Source: Candidatus Eiseniibacteriota bacterium
Lineage (GTDB): Bacteria; Eisenbacteria; RBG-16-71-46
Length of the DNA stretch: 64,000 nucleotides
NCBI GenBank assembly: GCA_038231135.1
Contig: JBBRLX010000022.1
Location: forward strand, 1 to 64,000
Direction: 5' to 3'
The translations under genes and the position numbers were made by a program. The notes under the pieces were generated by a model, which saw only the letters and a program-made list of their open reading frames with translations, had not been told where the DNA came from and ran no database searches. This document shows positions 44,289 to 53,900 of the stretch, in pieces (within the stretch, counting starts at the first letter, position 1; each line of letters opens with the position of its first letter).

Positions 44289-45555
44289 TGAACGGGTACA
44301 GGAACGCGGGCCGCGCGCGGAACCAGGTGTCGACGATTTCCGCCGCGCCGCCGGTCGAGCCGATGAGGCCGACCTCGGCCGCGCGCACCGGCGACAGCGC
44401 GCCCGCGAGCAGCGAGCCCAGCATTTCGGCCGACACGGCGAGCCGCGGCCGCCGTGGCCGCGCGCCGCTCTTCGCGGCCTCGGTGCCGACCTGGAACGCT
44501 CCGTCGCGCACGGTCACAGTGTACGCGCGGGTATTGAGTGGCAGCACCGGGTCGCTCACGTCGAGGATCACCTCGCCCCGGGCGTGCGGCGAAGCCGGCA
44601 CCTGCTCGAGCGCCAGGCGCGGATCCACGACGCGCAGCAGCGCCCCCATCGCGATGTTGCCGGTGTCGTGGAACAGGCCGATCTCGGCGCCCGGACGCAG
44701 ATTCTGCGAGGACTGCAGCAGCGTCAGCCAGGCGTTGTCGGCCGGCGTGGCATGGTGGATCTCTACCACCTGGTCCGACAGGTTGTGCAGGTGGCCGAGC
44801 AGTCCGCGCTGTGCCTCCGGGGTCGCGGCGACGAACTCGTTGAGTGTGAGTGCGAGTCGGAACGGACCGTTCGTCGCATCAGGCTCGTAATAGAGGTAAC
44901 CCTCGATCTGGCCGCGCCGCCGGCCCTCGTACACGATCCAGTCGCCGGGATAGGTCCACAGCCTTCGGCTCCACCAGTCCTCGCTGCGGGCGACCGCGAA
45001 GTGGCCCTGCTGGGCGACGCGCTCGTACAGCGCCTGCACCGCCGGCCGGTCGGGCAGCATCAGGCGCCGCGTGCGGCGGGCCTCCTCGGACGACGGCAGG
45101 TTCGACGGCGCGATCGCGACCGTCTGCACGAGTTCCGCGGGCCCGTAGCCGAACTTCCGGTAGAACGATTCACGGAACGCGTAGAGCATCGACAGCGCGC
45201 GGCCCTGCTGGCGCATCTCGCGCAGCATCGAGCGCATCAGCGCCTCCGCCACACCGCGCCGGCGATGTTCCGGCGACACCGCGACCGAGCCGATGCCGGT
45301 GACCGGCACCCGCTGGCCGCGGACCATCACCTGCAGGGAATACAGCACGAGCGACGCGACGATGCGCCCGTCGAGCTCGCCCACGCGCACGTCCCTCAGG
45401 CCGAAGCGCGGATGATCGGTGTAGAACTCGCGCCGCTTCTCGAGGCTCGACACCCGGAACGCGCGCGCGCCCAGCTCCGCAAGGGTCTCGACGTCGGTGC
45501 GGCGTGCGGGGCGGTAGCGGAGCGCCGGCGGTCGCAGCGCGCGCGGGCGGCTCAA
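44278..45555 (-). CDS. Eis-like GNAT acetyltransferase with C-terminal SCP2-like domain
   Basis: VAVSPEHRRRGVA, FYRKFGY, LRVVD, DPVLPLN, terminal PFNAF; TTG start. Confidence 0.88.
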   Translation of the reverse strand: MSRPRALRPPALRYRPARRTDVETLAELGARAFRVSSLEKRREFYTDHPRFGLRDVRVGELDGRIVASLVLYSLQVMVRGQRVPVTGIGSVAVSPEHRRRGVAEALMRSMLREMRQQGRALSMLYAFRESFYRKFGYGPAELVQTVAIAPSNLPSSEEARRTRRLMLPDRPAVQALYERVAQQGHFAVARSEDWWSRRLWTYPGDWIVYEGRRRGQIEGYLYYEPDATNGPFRLALTLNEFVAATPEAQRGLLGHLHNLSDQVVEIHHATPADNAWLTLLQSSQNLRPGAEIGLFHDTGNIAMGALLRVVDPRLALEQVPASPHARGEVILDVSDPVLPLNTRAYTVTVRDGAFQVGTEAAKSGARPRRPRLAVSAEMLGSLLAGALSPVRAAEVGLIGSTGGAAEIVDTWFRARPAFLYPFNAF

Positions 45556-45798
45556 ACGTGCACCGCGGCCGGGGTCGCGGGCCTGCCGGCGCCTGTCGGT
45601 GTTGCGTTCAGGACACGGGGAGTGGGGGCAGCGGTCGCGCGGGGAATCATGGGAGGGACAAGCTAGCCGACCCCGCGCATGAGTGGTAGCGCCGAATCGC
45701 GACCGGACCCCCGCTCAAGCGCCGGCGGCGGGTCGCCGATACCTCCCACAGGCCTGCCATGGCGGCAGTCCGGGGTGCCTCGGAGAGGGTGCAGCCCA

Positions 45799-46248
45799 AT
45801 GAACGAGATCAACAAGGTCGTCGCGCATATGCTGGATGGCTCCATGGTCAAGGGCACCACCCAGGACTTCTTTCCCAACCGCGCGATGTTCCACGTTCAG
45901 CCCATCGACGGCACGCCGGCGCACCACATCTACGTGCGCGATCTCAAGGCGCTGTTCTTCGTCCGCGATTTCGACGGCATCAACGGCCGCAAGCGCCTGA
46001 ACGGATTCGGTTCGGATGCCGATAGTCGCGCCCAGGGCAAGCGGATCGCGGTCCATTTCAAGGACGGCGAGCTGCTGTGCGGCTATACGCTGTCCTACTC
46101 CCCCGATCGCGACAGCTTCTTCATGCTGCCCGTCGATGGCGGCAGCAACAATCTGCGGGTGTACATCGCCAGTCAGGCGACCGTGGAAGTCCGCGTGGGT
46201 GACGCCGCGGAATCGCTGGCGAAGCGCCTCGGGCGCCCCGCCGCCTGA
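45799..46248 (+). CDS. DUF6982-like protein (duplicated small domain)
   Basis: NKVVAHMLDG..KGTTQDFFP / KRIAVHFKDGE..GYT internal repeat, LKALFFVRDF. Confidence 0.7.
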   Translation: MNEINKVVAHMLDGSMVKGTTQDFFPNRAMFHVQPIDGTPAHHIYVRDLKALFFVRDFDGINGRKRLNGFGSDADSRAQGKRIAVHFKDGELLCGYTLSYSPDRDSFFMLPVDGGSNNLRVYIASQATVEVRVGDAAESLAKRLGRPAA

Positions 46249-46423
46249 GATTCGCGCCGGCTTCGCCGCCGCGCCTCACCACATCACCACTGCGCCCCGC
46301 CACCGCCGCGCGCTTGTGACACGGGCCGCGGGTTGTTAGCTTCCGCACCCCAACCTTCGAACATCGTGCAGCCGGGGTCACCGGGGACCCGTCCGCCTGC
46401 GTATCCCTGAAAGGAGTCGTTGC

Positions 46424-47074
46424 GTGATGCGCGTGAAGCCGACGCAGGTCCTCGCGACAGCCGTAATGGTTGCCGCCCTCGTGGTTCCCGCCCTCGCGTT
46501 CGCGGCGGCCGCTCCCGCCGACAGCGCCGTGGACCTGCATGCGGCCTGGAAGCCGGGCCGGCAATGGATGTCGTTCAGGATCGGGTTCGCGAAGTCCTCG
46601 GCCGACCAGGCCGCGGACGGCAGCATCGGCGGCGGGTTCGGCTACGCGCGCATGCTGCCGGGCATCCATCTGTGGCGGTTCACGCCGCTCCGGCGCTATT
46701 CGCTCGGGGCCTACGTGCACCTCGATCAAATCGGCCGGTTCGGCGACGCGGCCGAGATCGAGGTGCCCGTCACCGCCGAGCTGGTGCGGCACTACGAGTG
46801 GGGCACGCCCTACATGCGGCCCTACCTCGGCGTCGGCGCCGGGATGTTCTATCGCAAGCTCTACCGCACCGGCAACGACTTCGGCCGGGTAAAGCCGGGG
46901 GCCTACGTCGTGTTCGGGACCAACGCGCCGCTGGATGCCCGGCAGGTGCTGGGCATCGACCTGCGCGTCGCCCGGGTGAACGGGGAAAATGTGGGCGGGA
47001 ATCCAGTGTTCGGCCCCGGCACACCGAAGGTGTCGCACTGGAGCATCAAGTTCAACTACTCGATCGCCTACTGA
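46424..47074 (+). CDS. Outer-membrane beta-barrel protein
   Basis: AAGGAG RBS, signal peptide, RPYLGVGAG, terminal FNYSIAY. Confidence 0.78.
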   Translation: MMRVKPTQVLATAVMVAALVVPALAFAAAAPADSAVDLHAAWKPGRQWMSFRIGFAKSSADQAADGSIGGGFGYARMLPGIHLWRFTPLRRYSLGAYVHLDQIGRFGDAAEIEVPVTAELVRHYEWGTPYMRPYLGVGAGMFYRKLYRTGNDFGRVKPGAYVVFGTNAPLDARQVLGIDLRVARVNGENVGGNPVFGPGTPKVSHWSIKFNYSIAY

Positions 47075-47113
47075 CGAGGGTTTAGCCGCGTCCCCGGAAC
47101 GCCCGGCGTGAAC

Positions 47114-48424
47114 TCAGCGGCCGTGGGGCCGGAACAGTCCCATGAGCCGCGCCATGGCGGTGGGATCGACCCAGACGTCGAACGCAAAGCGATTCCGCTT
47201 CGCGAACTCGGGCTGCCTGGGCACGCGCGCCCAGTCGCCGCTGATGCCGGCCCAGTCCCGGAACGGCAGCCGGAATCCCACGCCCAGCGTCGCGCCGCTC
47301 GTGGTCGCGTAGCCGAACGACGGCTGGCTCCCCCGTCCGTCGATGTGGCCGGTCCGGATCGACAGCACGTTCGAGAACACGACCTCGGTGCCGTAGTGAT
47401 AGATGTCGTACCGGCCCGGCGCCGGATTGGGCGCGGCGGCGGCCGGCTCCACCCGTTCCAGATCCGCGGCGATGGCCCAGCGCATGAGCGGAGTCGTCGC
47501 CGCCTTCCTGGCGGCGCTGACATTGCCCGGGGCGCCGGTCGATATGCTCAGCGCCAGGCCATGGCGACTCACACGCGTGAGCGGCAGGAACCCGGTTGCC
47601 GGGCCGAGATCGTGCCCGTTCGCGTCGTGCACCGAATATCCATAGCTGATGTCGATGCGCCGCGGCACCGCCGGCACTTTCGGGGCGACGTTCGGGAACA
47701 TCCGCTCGCGCGGGTCCTTGATCTTGCCGGCCTTGAGCTCGCGCGCCCGCGGGGCGCGGAACGACGGCGCCTTGGGGACCGGCGCATCGTGGAACGTGTC
47801 GACCGGCGTCAGGCGCGCGAAGAATCCATAGTCCGTGATGCGCGTGACATCGCCGGGGGCTTCGACCGGCGCCCCCAGGTCCATGCGCGTGAAGCCGACG
47901 CCCAGGTCGAACCGGTGGAGCAGCGGGGGTGGCGTGGCACGGGCCAGCGAGTACACCGCCGCTGCGGCGCGGGTCAGGCTGATTCCGAGGCCCCACGCAT
48001 CGACGCGCTCCTGTCGGCGGAACTCGGCGGGAGGAGTGGCAGAGGGGAATGCGCCGTAGTCGAGGCGCGTGAGCCCCACGTCGCGCGGGCCCGCGACCAG
48101 CGCGCCGATCCCGGCGATCCCGGCCTGGGCGCGCCGGGCATCGAACGTGGCCTCGCCCGACGAGCTCGAGAACAGCCGGGCGCGCGCCATCCCGTAGCGG
48201 ATGCCGTCCGTGTAACCCAGCAGCGCCGGATTCGCCCACGCGTTGGGGTCGCCACCCCAGAACACGGCGTTCGAAGCGCCACCCACGCCGGTCGCCCGCA
48301 CCGACGGGTCGATGCCGAGCACTTCCTCCGCGTGCGCCACGGGTGCGGCGCCGATCACCGCGGCGGTAAGCCACGCGGCGATGCCTGCGATCCGTGACGC
48401 TCCAGTTGCCCCGTGCTGCCGCAT
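47114..48424 (-). CDS. PorV/FadL-like outer-membrane protein
   Basis: LGIDPSVRATGVGGA...DPNAWANPALLG N-terminal motif; YGTEVVFSNVLSIRTG; start uncertain. Confidence 0.65.
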   Translation of the reverse strand: MRQHGATGASRIAGIAAWLTAAVIGAAPVAHAEEVLGIDPSVRATGVGGASNAVFWGGDPNAWANPALLGYTDGIRYGMARARLFSSSSGEATFDARRAQAGIAGIGALVAGPRDVGLTRLDYGAFPSATPPAEFRRQERVDAWGLGISLTRAAAAVYSLARATPPPLLHRFDLGVGFTRMDLGAPVEAPGDVTRITDYGFFARLTPVDTFHDAPVPKAPSFRAPRARELKAGKIKDPRERMFPNVAPKVPAVPRRIDISYGYSVHDANGHDLGPATGFLPLTRVSRHGLALSISTGAPGNVSAARKAATTPLMRWAIAADLERVEPAAAAPNPAPGRYDIYHYGTEVVFSNVLSIRTGHIDGRGSQPSFGYATTSGATLGVGFRLPFRDWAGISGDWARVPRQPEFAKRNRFAFDVWVDPTAMARLMGLFRPHGR

Positions 48425-48607
48425 TCCAGGACTTCGTCGATCCATGACCCGCCTCCGGTGCGGGATGGTACCATCGCCCGCCCGGGCGGCGGCATTGGGC
48501 CCCCAGGCATCCCAGGGCATCACCCGACCCGACCTCAGGAGCGTGACATGGAGCTGCAGCGCGAGACTCACCGCGATCCGCACCGCAATCCCTGCCGCGG
48601 TGTTCGA

Positions 48608-49012
48608 ATGGCGTCCCGGGCGCTCCTGCTGTGCGCGGTGGCCGTGGCCGCGGGGTCGTGCGCTCACGCGCCGCACCGCCGCGCCGCGGTCAATATCGAG
48701 CGGCGGCCCACGCCGATCCAGCCCGACTCGTCGGGCGTGCCCGTGGCCCGCGACCGGCCGCGCGTCATGGTGATGACGCCGCAGACGCTCCACAGTACGA
48801 TCGCCACGATCGCCGAGGATACCCTGGCCGCGCGGCAGGCGCTCGGCCGGTGCGGAACCCGCAAGCTGCTGCCGGACCAGGAGGGCGTGTTCGATTCCTC
48901 CACCCGGTTGCTGATGCAGGTGCGCGAGGCGCTCGCCTCGGTCGACTTTACGCGCGCCCTGTCGCTCGCCCGCCAGGCCCGGCAGACCGCGAGTTCGATC
49001 GGCTGCCGATAG
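48608..49012 (+). CDS. Putative lipoprotein
   Basis: Lipobox-like VAAGSC; helical C-domain with two Cys. Confidence 0.6.
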   Translation: MASRALLLCAVAVAAGSCAHAPHRRAAVNIERRPTPIQPDSSGVPVARDRPRVMVMTPQTLHSTIATIAEDTLAARQALGRCGTRKLLPDQEGVFDSSTRLLMQVREALASVDFTRALSLARQARQTASSIGCR

Positions 49013-49286
49013 CGGCCGCCAACGAACCCGGCGGACCCGCTATCAAATGGGCAACCATGCGGCGCAGACGCCTGTGGCCGGGGTATTACGCAGTCCTGTT
49101 CGACACCGGCGCCGGCGTCGTTCTCCGGCCGCTGAGACCGGCAGGGTCTGAGCACCCATCTCAATTTGCTGCAGTAGGTTACGTTGTCAGCGGTTGACTC
49201 GCTCATCACGCTGGCCCAATCTGTCCGTTCTGGGATGCCGCCCGTTCCGCCGGTCAAAGCGGGACGAACCCCTGGGGAGCGAAACA

Positions 49287-50450
49287 CTGGACGTTCCGAA
49301 ATCACCCGTACTCATCGATCGGCGTCGATTCCTGATCCTCGCCGGCAGCACGGCCGCATACCTGGCGCTGCGGCCGCATCTGGCCAACGCCCGGAAGCTG
49401 GCGCGCGGGGGCATGCCCGTACTGCAGCCGTGGACGCTGCCCGCCGAGCCGCCCCGGGACCCGATCGAGCGGACGCGGGCGCTCATCGCGGGCGCCGTGC
49501 TCGCGCCCAGCACCTGGAACACCCAGCCGTGGCGGTTCGAATCCGAGGGCGACACCATCCGGCTGGTGGCCGACACCCGGCGCGCCATGCCGGTGACCGA
49601 TCCCACGCAGAAGAGCATGATGATCTCGCTGGGGGCGGCGCTCGAGAACCTGCTCGTCACCGCGCGCGCCTACGGGCTGAGACCCGCGGTGACCTACTTC
49701 CCGCGTGGTCCGGCGAGCCCGGTGGTGGCGGAAATCTCCTGGACCGGCGGGGACGTGCGTCGCGATCGCTCGCTGTTCCACGCCATTCCGGAGCGTCGCA
49801 CGAACCGGCGCGAGTTCGACGGCCGCGGCATCTTTCCGCAGAACCGGGCACAGCTCGCGGCGCAGGTGCCGGAGAACCACCGGCTGCACTGGATCGACGA
49901 TCGCGACCGGCTCAAGGAGCTGGGCGAGCTGGCCCGCAGCGCGACCGAGTCGCGGATCCTCGACCGCCGCGCCCAGGCCGAGCAGCTCGAATGGATGCGG
50001 TTCGGCGACGAAGCGAAGCAGGCCGGCGACGGCGTGTCGGTCGATGCGCTCGAATATGGCGGCCTCGCCCACTTGTTCCCGGGCCGCTACTTCAATCCGC
50101 GGTCGTGGTTCCTGCGATTCGGCGCCCAGGCGGCCGGCCGCCACGTGCGCGATGGGTTCCGGTCGGCGGGCGCGGCGGCGTTGCTCACCTCGACCCAGAC
50201 CGGCCCCAACGCCTGGCTGGCGGGCGGGCAGACCTATGAGAGACTGGCGTTGCGCGCGACCACGCTCGGCGTGTCGCACCAGCCCGTGAACGAGGCGATC
50301 GAGCAGGACCGGTTCCGCGGCGACGTGTTGCGGGCGTTCGACGCCGCCGGCGAGGAGCCGCTCATGCTGGTGAGGCTCGGGCACGCCAAACACCCGGACG
50401 CGGCCGTGCGGCGCAGCGTCGCACTCGTGTCGTCGTTCCGAAACAGCTAG
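49287..50450 (+). CDS. Acg-family nitroreductase-like FMN protein with Tat signal
   Basis: DRRRFL Tat motif; LAPSTWNTQPWRF, SLGAALENL, RRTNR, LVRLGH; proposed CTG start at 49287 (TTG at 49194 is the alternative). Confidence 0.82.
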   Translation: MDVPKSPVLIDRRRFLILAGSTAAYLALRPHLANARKLARGGMPVLQPWTLPAEPPRDPIERTRALIAGAVLAPSTWNTQPWRFESEGDTIRLVADTRRAMPVTDPTQKSMMISLGAALENLLVTARAYGLRPAVTYFPRGPASPVVAEISWTGGDVRRDRSLFHAIPERRTNRREFDGRGIFPQNRAQLAAQVPENHRLHWIDDRDRLKELGELARSATESRILDRRAQAEQLEWMRFGDEAKQAGDGVSVDALEYGGLAHLFPGRYFNPRSWFLRFGAQAAGRHVRDGFRSAGAAALLTSTQTGPNAWLAGGQTYERLALRATTLGVSHQPVNEAIEQDRFRGDVLRAFDAAGEEPLMLVRLGHAKHPDAAVRRSVALVSSFRNS

Positions 50451-50461
50451 GGAGGTTGTCG

Positions 50462-50812
50462 ATGGCGCGGGAACTCTGGAACAGTGTCGGCCTCGCGGGC
50501 GCCGTCTTGGTCCTGGCCGTCGGCGGACCCTGGCTGGTACAGGAAGTGCGCACGCTGCCGCGTCCGAGTGTGCTCGCCGCGCGCGCGGACCAGCGGGTGG
50601 TCACCCTCGACGTGGGTGGCATGACGTGCGCGGGCTGTGCGGCGAAGGTGAAGAGCGAACTGGCCGCCCTGCCTGGCGTCGCCACGGCCGACGTGCGGCT
50701 GGCTCAGCACCAGGCCTACGTGGTCTGCAGCCGGGACGTCGCGGACAGCTCGATCACCGCGGCCATCCACCGGGCCGGGCCCGGCTTTCTGGCGGCTATC
50801 GCCAGGCCCTGA
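50462..50812 (+). CDS. Membrane-anchored heavy-metal-associated (HMA) domain protein
   Basis: GMTCAGC motif after an N-terminal TM; GGAGG RBS. Confidence 0.85.
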   Translation: MARELWNSVGLAGAVLVLAVGGPWLVQEVRTLPRPSVLAARADQRVVTLDVGGMTCAGCAAKVKSELAALPGVATADVRLAQHQAYVVCSRDVADSSITAAIHRAGPGFLAAIARP

Positions 50813-50993
50813 GTCCTGAATCCGATGAGAAAAAACGCTGCTCAAGCGTTGTCAGGTCATGATACGCTGGCTTGACGAGTTCTGAACGCGGCGTATGGAT
50901 GCCCCCCACATTCCGCGAATATGACGTGGTGTGCTGAGTGCAGGCGCGCCCCACGAACGCCGCTGGCAATGAACCTCGACCGGGAGTTCTGCC

Positions 50994-53900
50994 ATGCGTG
51001 TGAAAGCGATCCACCGTTGCTTTCTTTCAGTCCCTCGAGCCCAGTGGATCCGCCGCTTCCTGCCGGGCTCCGCCTTCCTGCTCCTCGCGATCGTCGGACT
51101 GTTCCGCGCCGGCACTGTCGTAGCCGCTCCCGATGACGAGAATCTCGCACCGATTCTCACGCGCCCGACCGGCGCCATCGCGTCCCGCGCGTCGCGGCTC
51201 GGCACCTCGGCCGCGCCGGACACGATCTACGTCGGCTACACCCCCGGCCATTCGGCCGACAACGGGTGGTCGGTGTGGGCGGGGCGCGGGCTGCACCGCC
51301 CGCCGACGCAGGGCGGCATGTGGGACTTCGAGCCGCCGTACGCCGACGTGCACGGCGATTCACTGCAGGGCTGGTGGTCCTATCGCAACCAGATGACCGG
51401 CACCGGCGGGCTCACGATTCCCGATCACTTGCGGCCGTGGCGTGCGCTCGACTTCGGCAACGTCGCCAACTACGTGTTCGGCGCCGGCAAGCGCACGTTC
51501 GGCGTGGTCGGGGTGTGGCACGTGGATGGTGGCAATACCGTGGTGCCGCCGGCGGCCACCAACTGGACGGGCGAGACGGACGGCGGCGTGAAGTGGGCGC
51601 CGCTCGCGGGCAATGCGTCGGCATGGATGGGGCTGCGGCGCCACGGCGACAACACCCAGGTGGATCCGATCACGAACAACCCGTTCAACGAAGACGTACT
51701 GATATTCGACCAGAACGGAGCGATCGGCGCGGGTGGCTCGGACAAGAAGTTCCCCGGGTTCGGCGGGCAGATGGACCAGATGCTGTACCGCGACATCGAC
51801 CTGTCGGGGGCTGGCGACACGACGCTCACGGTGTCGTTCCAGTACCGCACGCAACTGTCGACGAGCTTCGGCACGAACGACCTCACCCGTCAGGGCTGGT
51901 TCGTGCACGATCCGCTCACCGTGATCACGGGCGGCAGCAACCCCAATTACATTCAGAACAATTCGACGGTCGTTCACCCGCCGACGGATTCGTTGATGGT
52001 GTACGTCGGCGCGCCGTCGGAGGGATCGGTCAAGCTGTCCGACGGGGCCGTGCATGCGATCTACGATCCGCTGCGGCGCTGGTTCGGTGAAGTCATCCGT
52101 TCGAACGAAGGGCTCTACAAGGAAATTCTGTCGAGGGGTGGCAACACCGCCGCGACGAACTCGGGCAGCCTCGTGATTCCGGGGTCCGTCCTCGGTCCGC
52201 TCAAGGCCGCGGGGGCGAACCGGGTGCGGCTGGTGTTCCGGGTCAAGACCGAGCGGTCGTTCAACGACGAGACGCAGAATGTCAACGGCTACTCCTCGAA
52301 CGGTGTCGGCGCCGCGATCATCGACAACGTCACGATCGCGAAGGGCTTGGGCGCGCCGGCCGTGATCGGCGCGTTCGAATCGCAATCGGAGATCGACAAC
52401 AACGCCGGCGTGCCGGCACTGGACGCGTGGAAGTCGACGGGCAAGCCGCCGCAGCCGTTCCATCACGTGCATCAACTCAGCCCGGGCGCGGGGCTGCTCT
52501 ACCAGGACATCTGCGGGCCGGTGGGGGACGCGAGCCGGATCTGCGACATGCAGGGTCAGGTGGTATCGGCGGGCGACCACGATCACAACGAGCGCTCGGG
52601 CGGCACGTTCGGCACCGCCGAGCAGGAGCCGTTCCAGGGCATCTGGTCGCCGACCATTCATCTCACGGGCCAGGGGTATTCGGGCCCGATGAACAACATG
52701 GGGCTCACGCTGACGGACGCGACGCCGACCGACGACTACTACATCGATTACGAGGTCTACACCGGCATCTTCGACTTCTTCAACGAGGGCAACGCCTGGC
52801 GCACCGGATTCATATCGTATCCGTCGGCCACGACGGCGAGCGGAATCGGCGAGCATCCGCGCTGGGGAGAGACGCGGTTCCCGGGTGGCCTGTTCTTCGA
52901 TCCCGACAAGCAGTGCCTCCGCGTGATCCAGGGCGTGCGCGCCAACGGCATGATGCGCACCACCAACGTGAGCGGCATTCCTGACTCGGTGCGCATCTAT
53001 GTCGGCACGCGGCAGGAGTGCTACCGCTTCAATATCCCGCAGTCCGAATTCCTCGACGGCGCCTACTGGGACAACCTGTCGCTCGACATCGTGGATGGCG
53101 CACCGGAGCTGCTGTCGGTCGATATCTGGCACTGGATAAGTGACACGTTCCCATTCAACGACAGCCCCGGTATCGCCGGGATCGCGGCGGTGTTCGACAC
53201 CACGACCGCGCTGGTGAAGAGCGGGTTGAACATCGCTCCGACCACCGCTTCGACCACCGACCCCCGATTCGACGTGCCCGGCGACACCACCGTGGTCAAC
53301 GCCCTGGGCGACAGTGTGCGCATGGATCTGGTGTTCCGGATCCTGCCCGGGCCCGGCAACTACGTGAACCCGGCGCTGGGCGTGAATTCGCAGCTCAAGG
53401 CGAAGCCGAACGGGCCGGCGCCGATTCCGGTGCCAGCCTCGGGGGTCACGAACTTCTGGTCGAACTACATGTTCGACAACGGCGCGCACGGCTCGCCCGG
53501 CGGGCATCCCACGGCGACCGGCGGTCCGCTCGCGGGCCAGCGCATCTGGAGTCCCCATGTGTGGAACAGCGCCCGCTGCGACACGGCGCAGATCAACGTG
53601 TTTCCGATGCAGCGGCGCGGGGTGCTGCAAATCCCCAGCCTGGGCCTGTTCATGACCGCCTATCACGAGACGGAGCTGACGAACCCGCACCGTGGCGTGC
53701 TCGGCGTGCCCCGCAACATCTGTTTCGTCGCCGACACGACGTTGATCGTGCCCACCTCCACCGTAATCTGCGGCTCGGGCGCGATGCCCGTCGGCGTGAC
53801 GTACCCGCCGGCGTGGGTGAATGCGCCCGGCAGCGGCTACAACGGTTCGAGTACCACCAAGGAGGGCACGAAGATCCTGCCGGACGGCCTGCTGACGCCG

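Noticed and set aside
49057..49197. 46-aa ORF MRRRRLWPGYY...
   Set aside because: No clear RBS or homology cue; probably intergenic promoter sequence.
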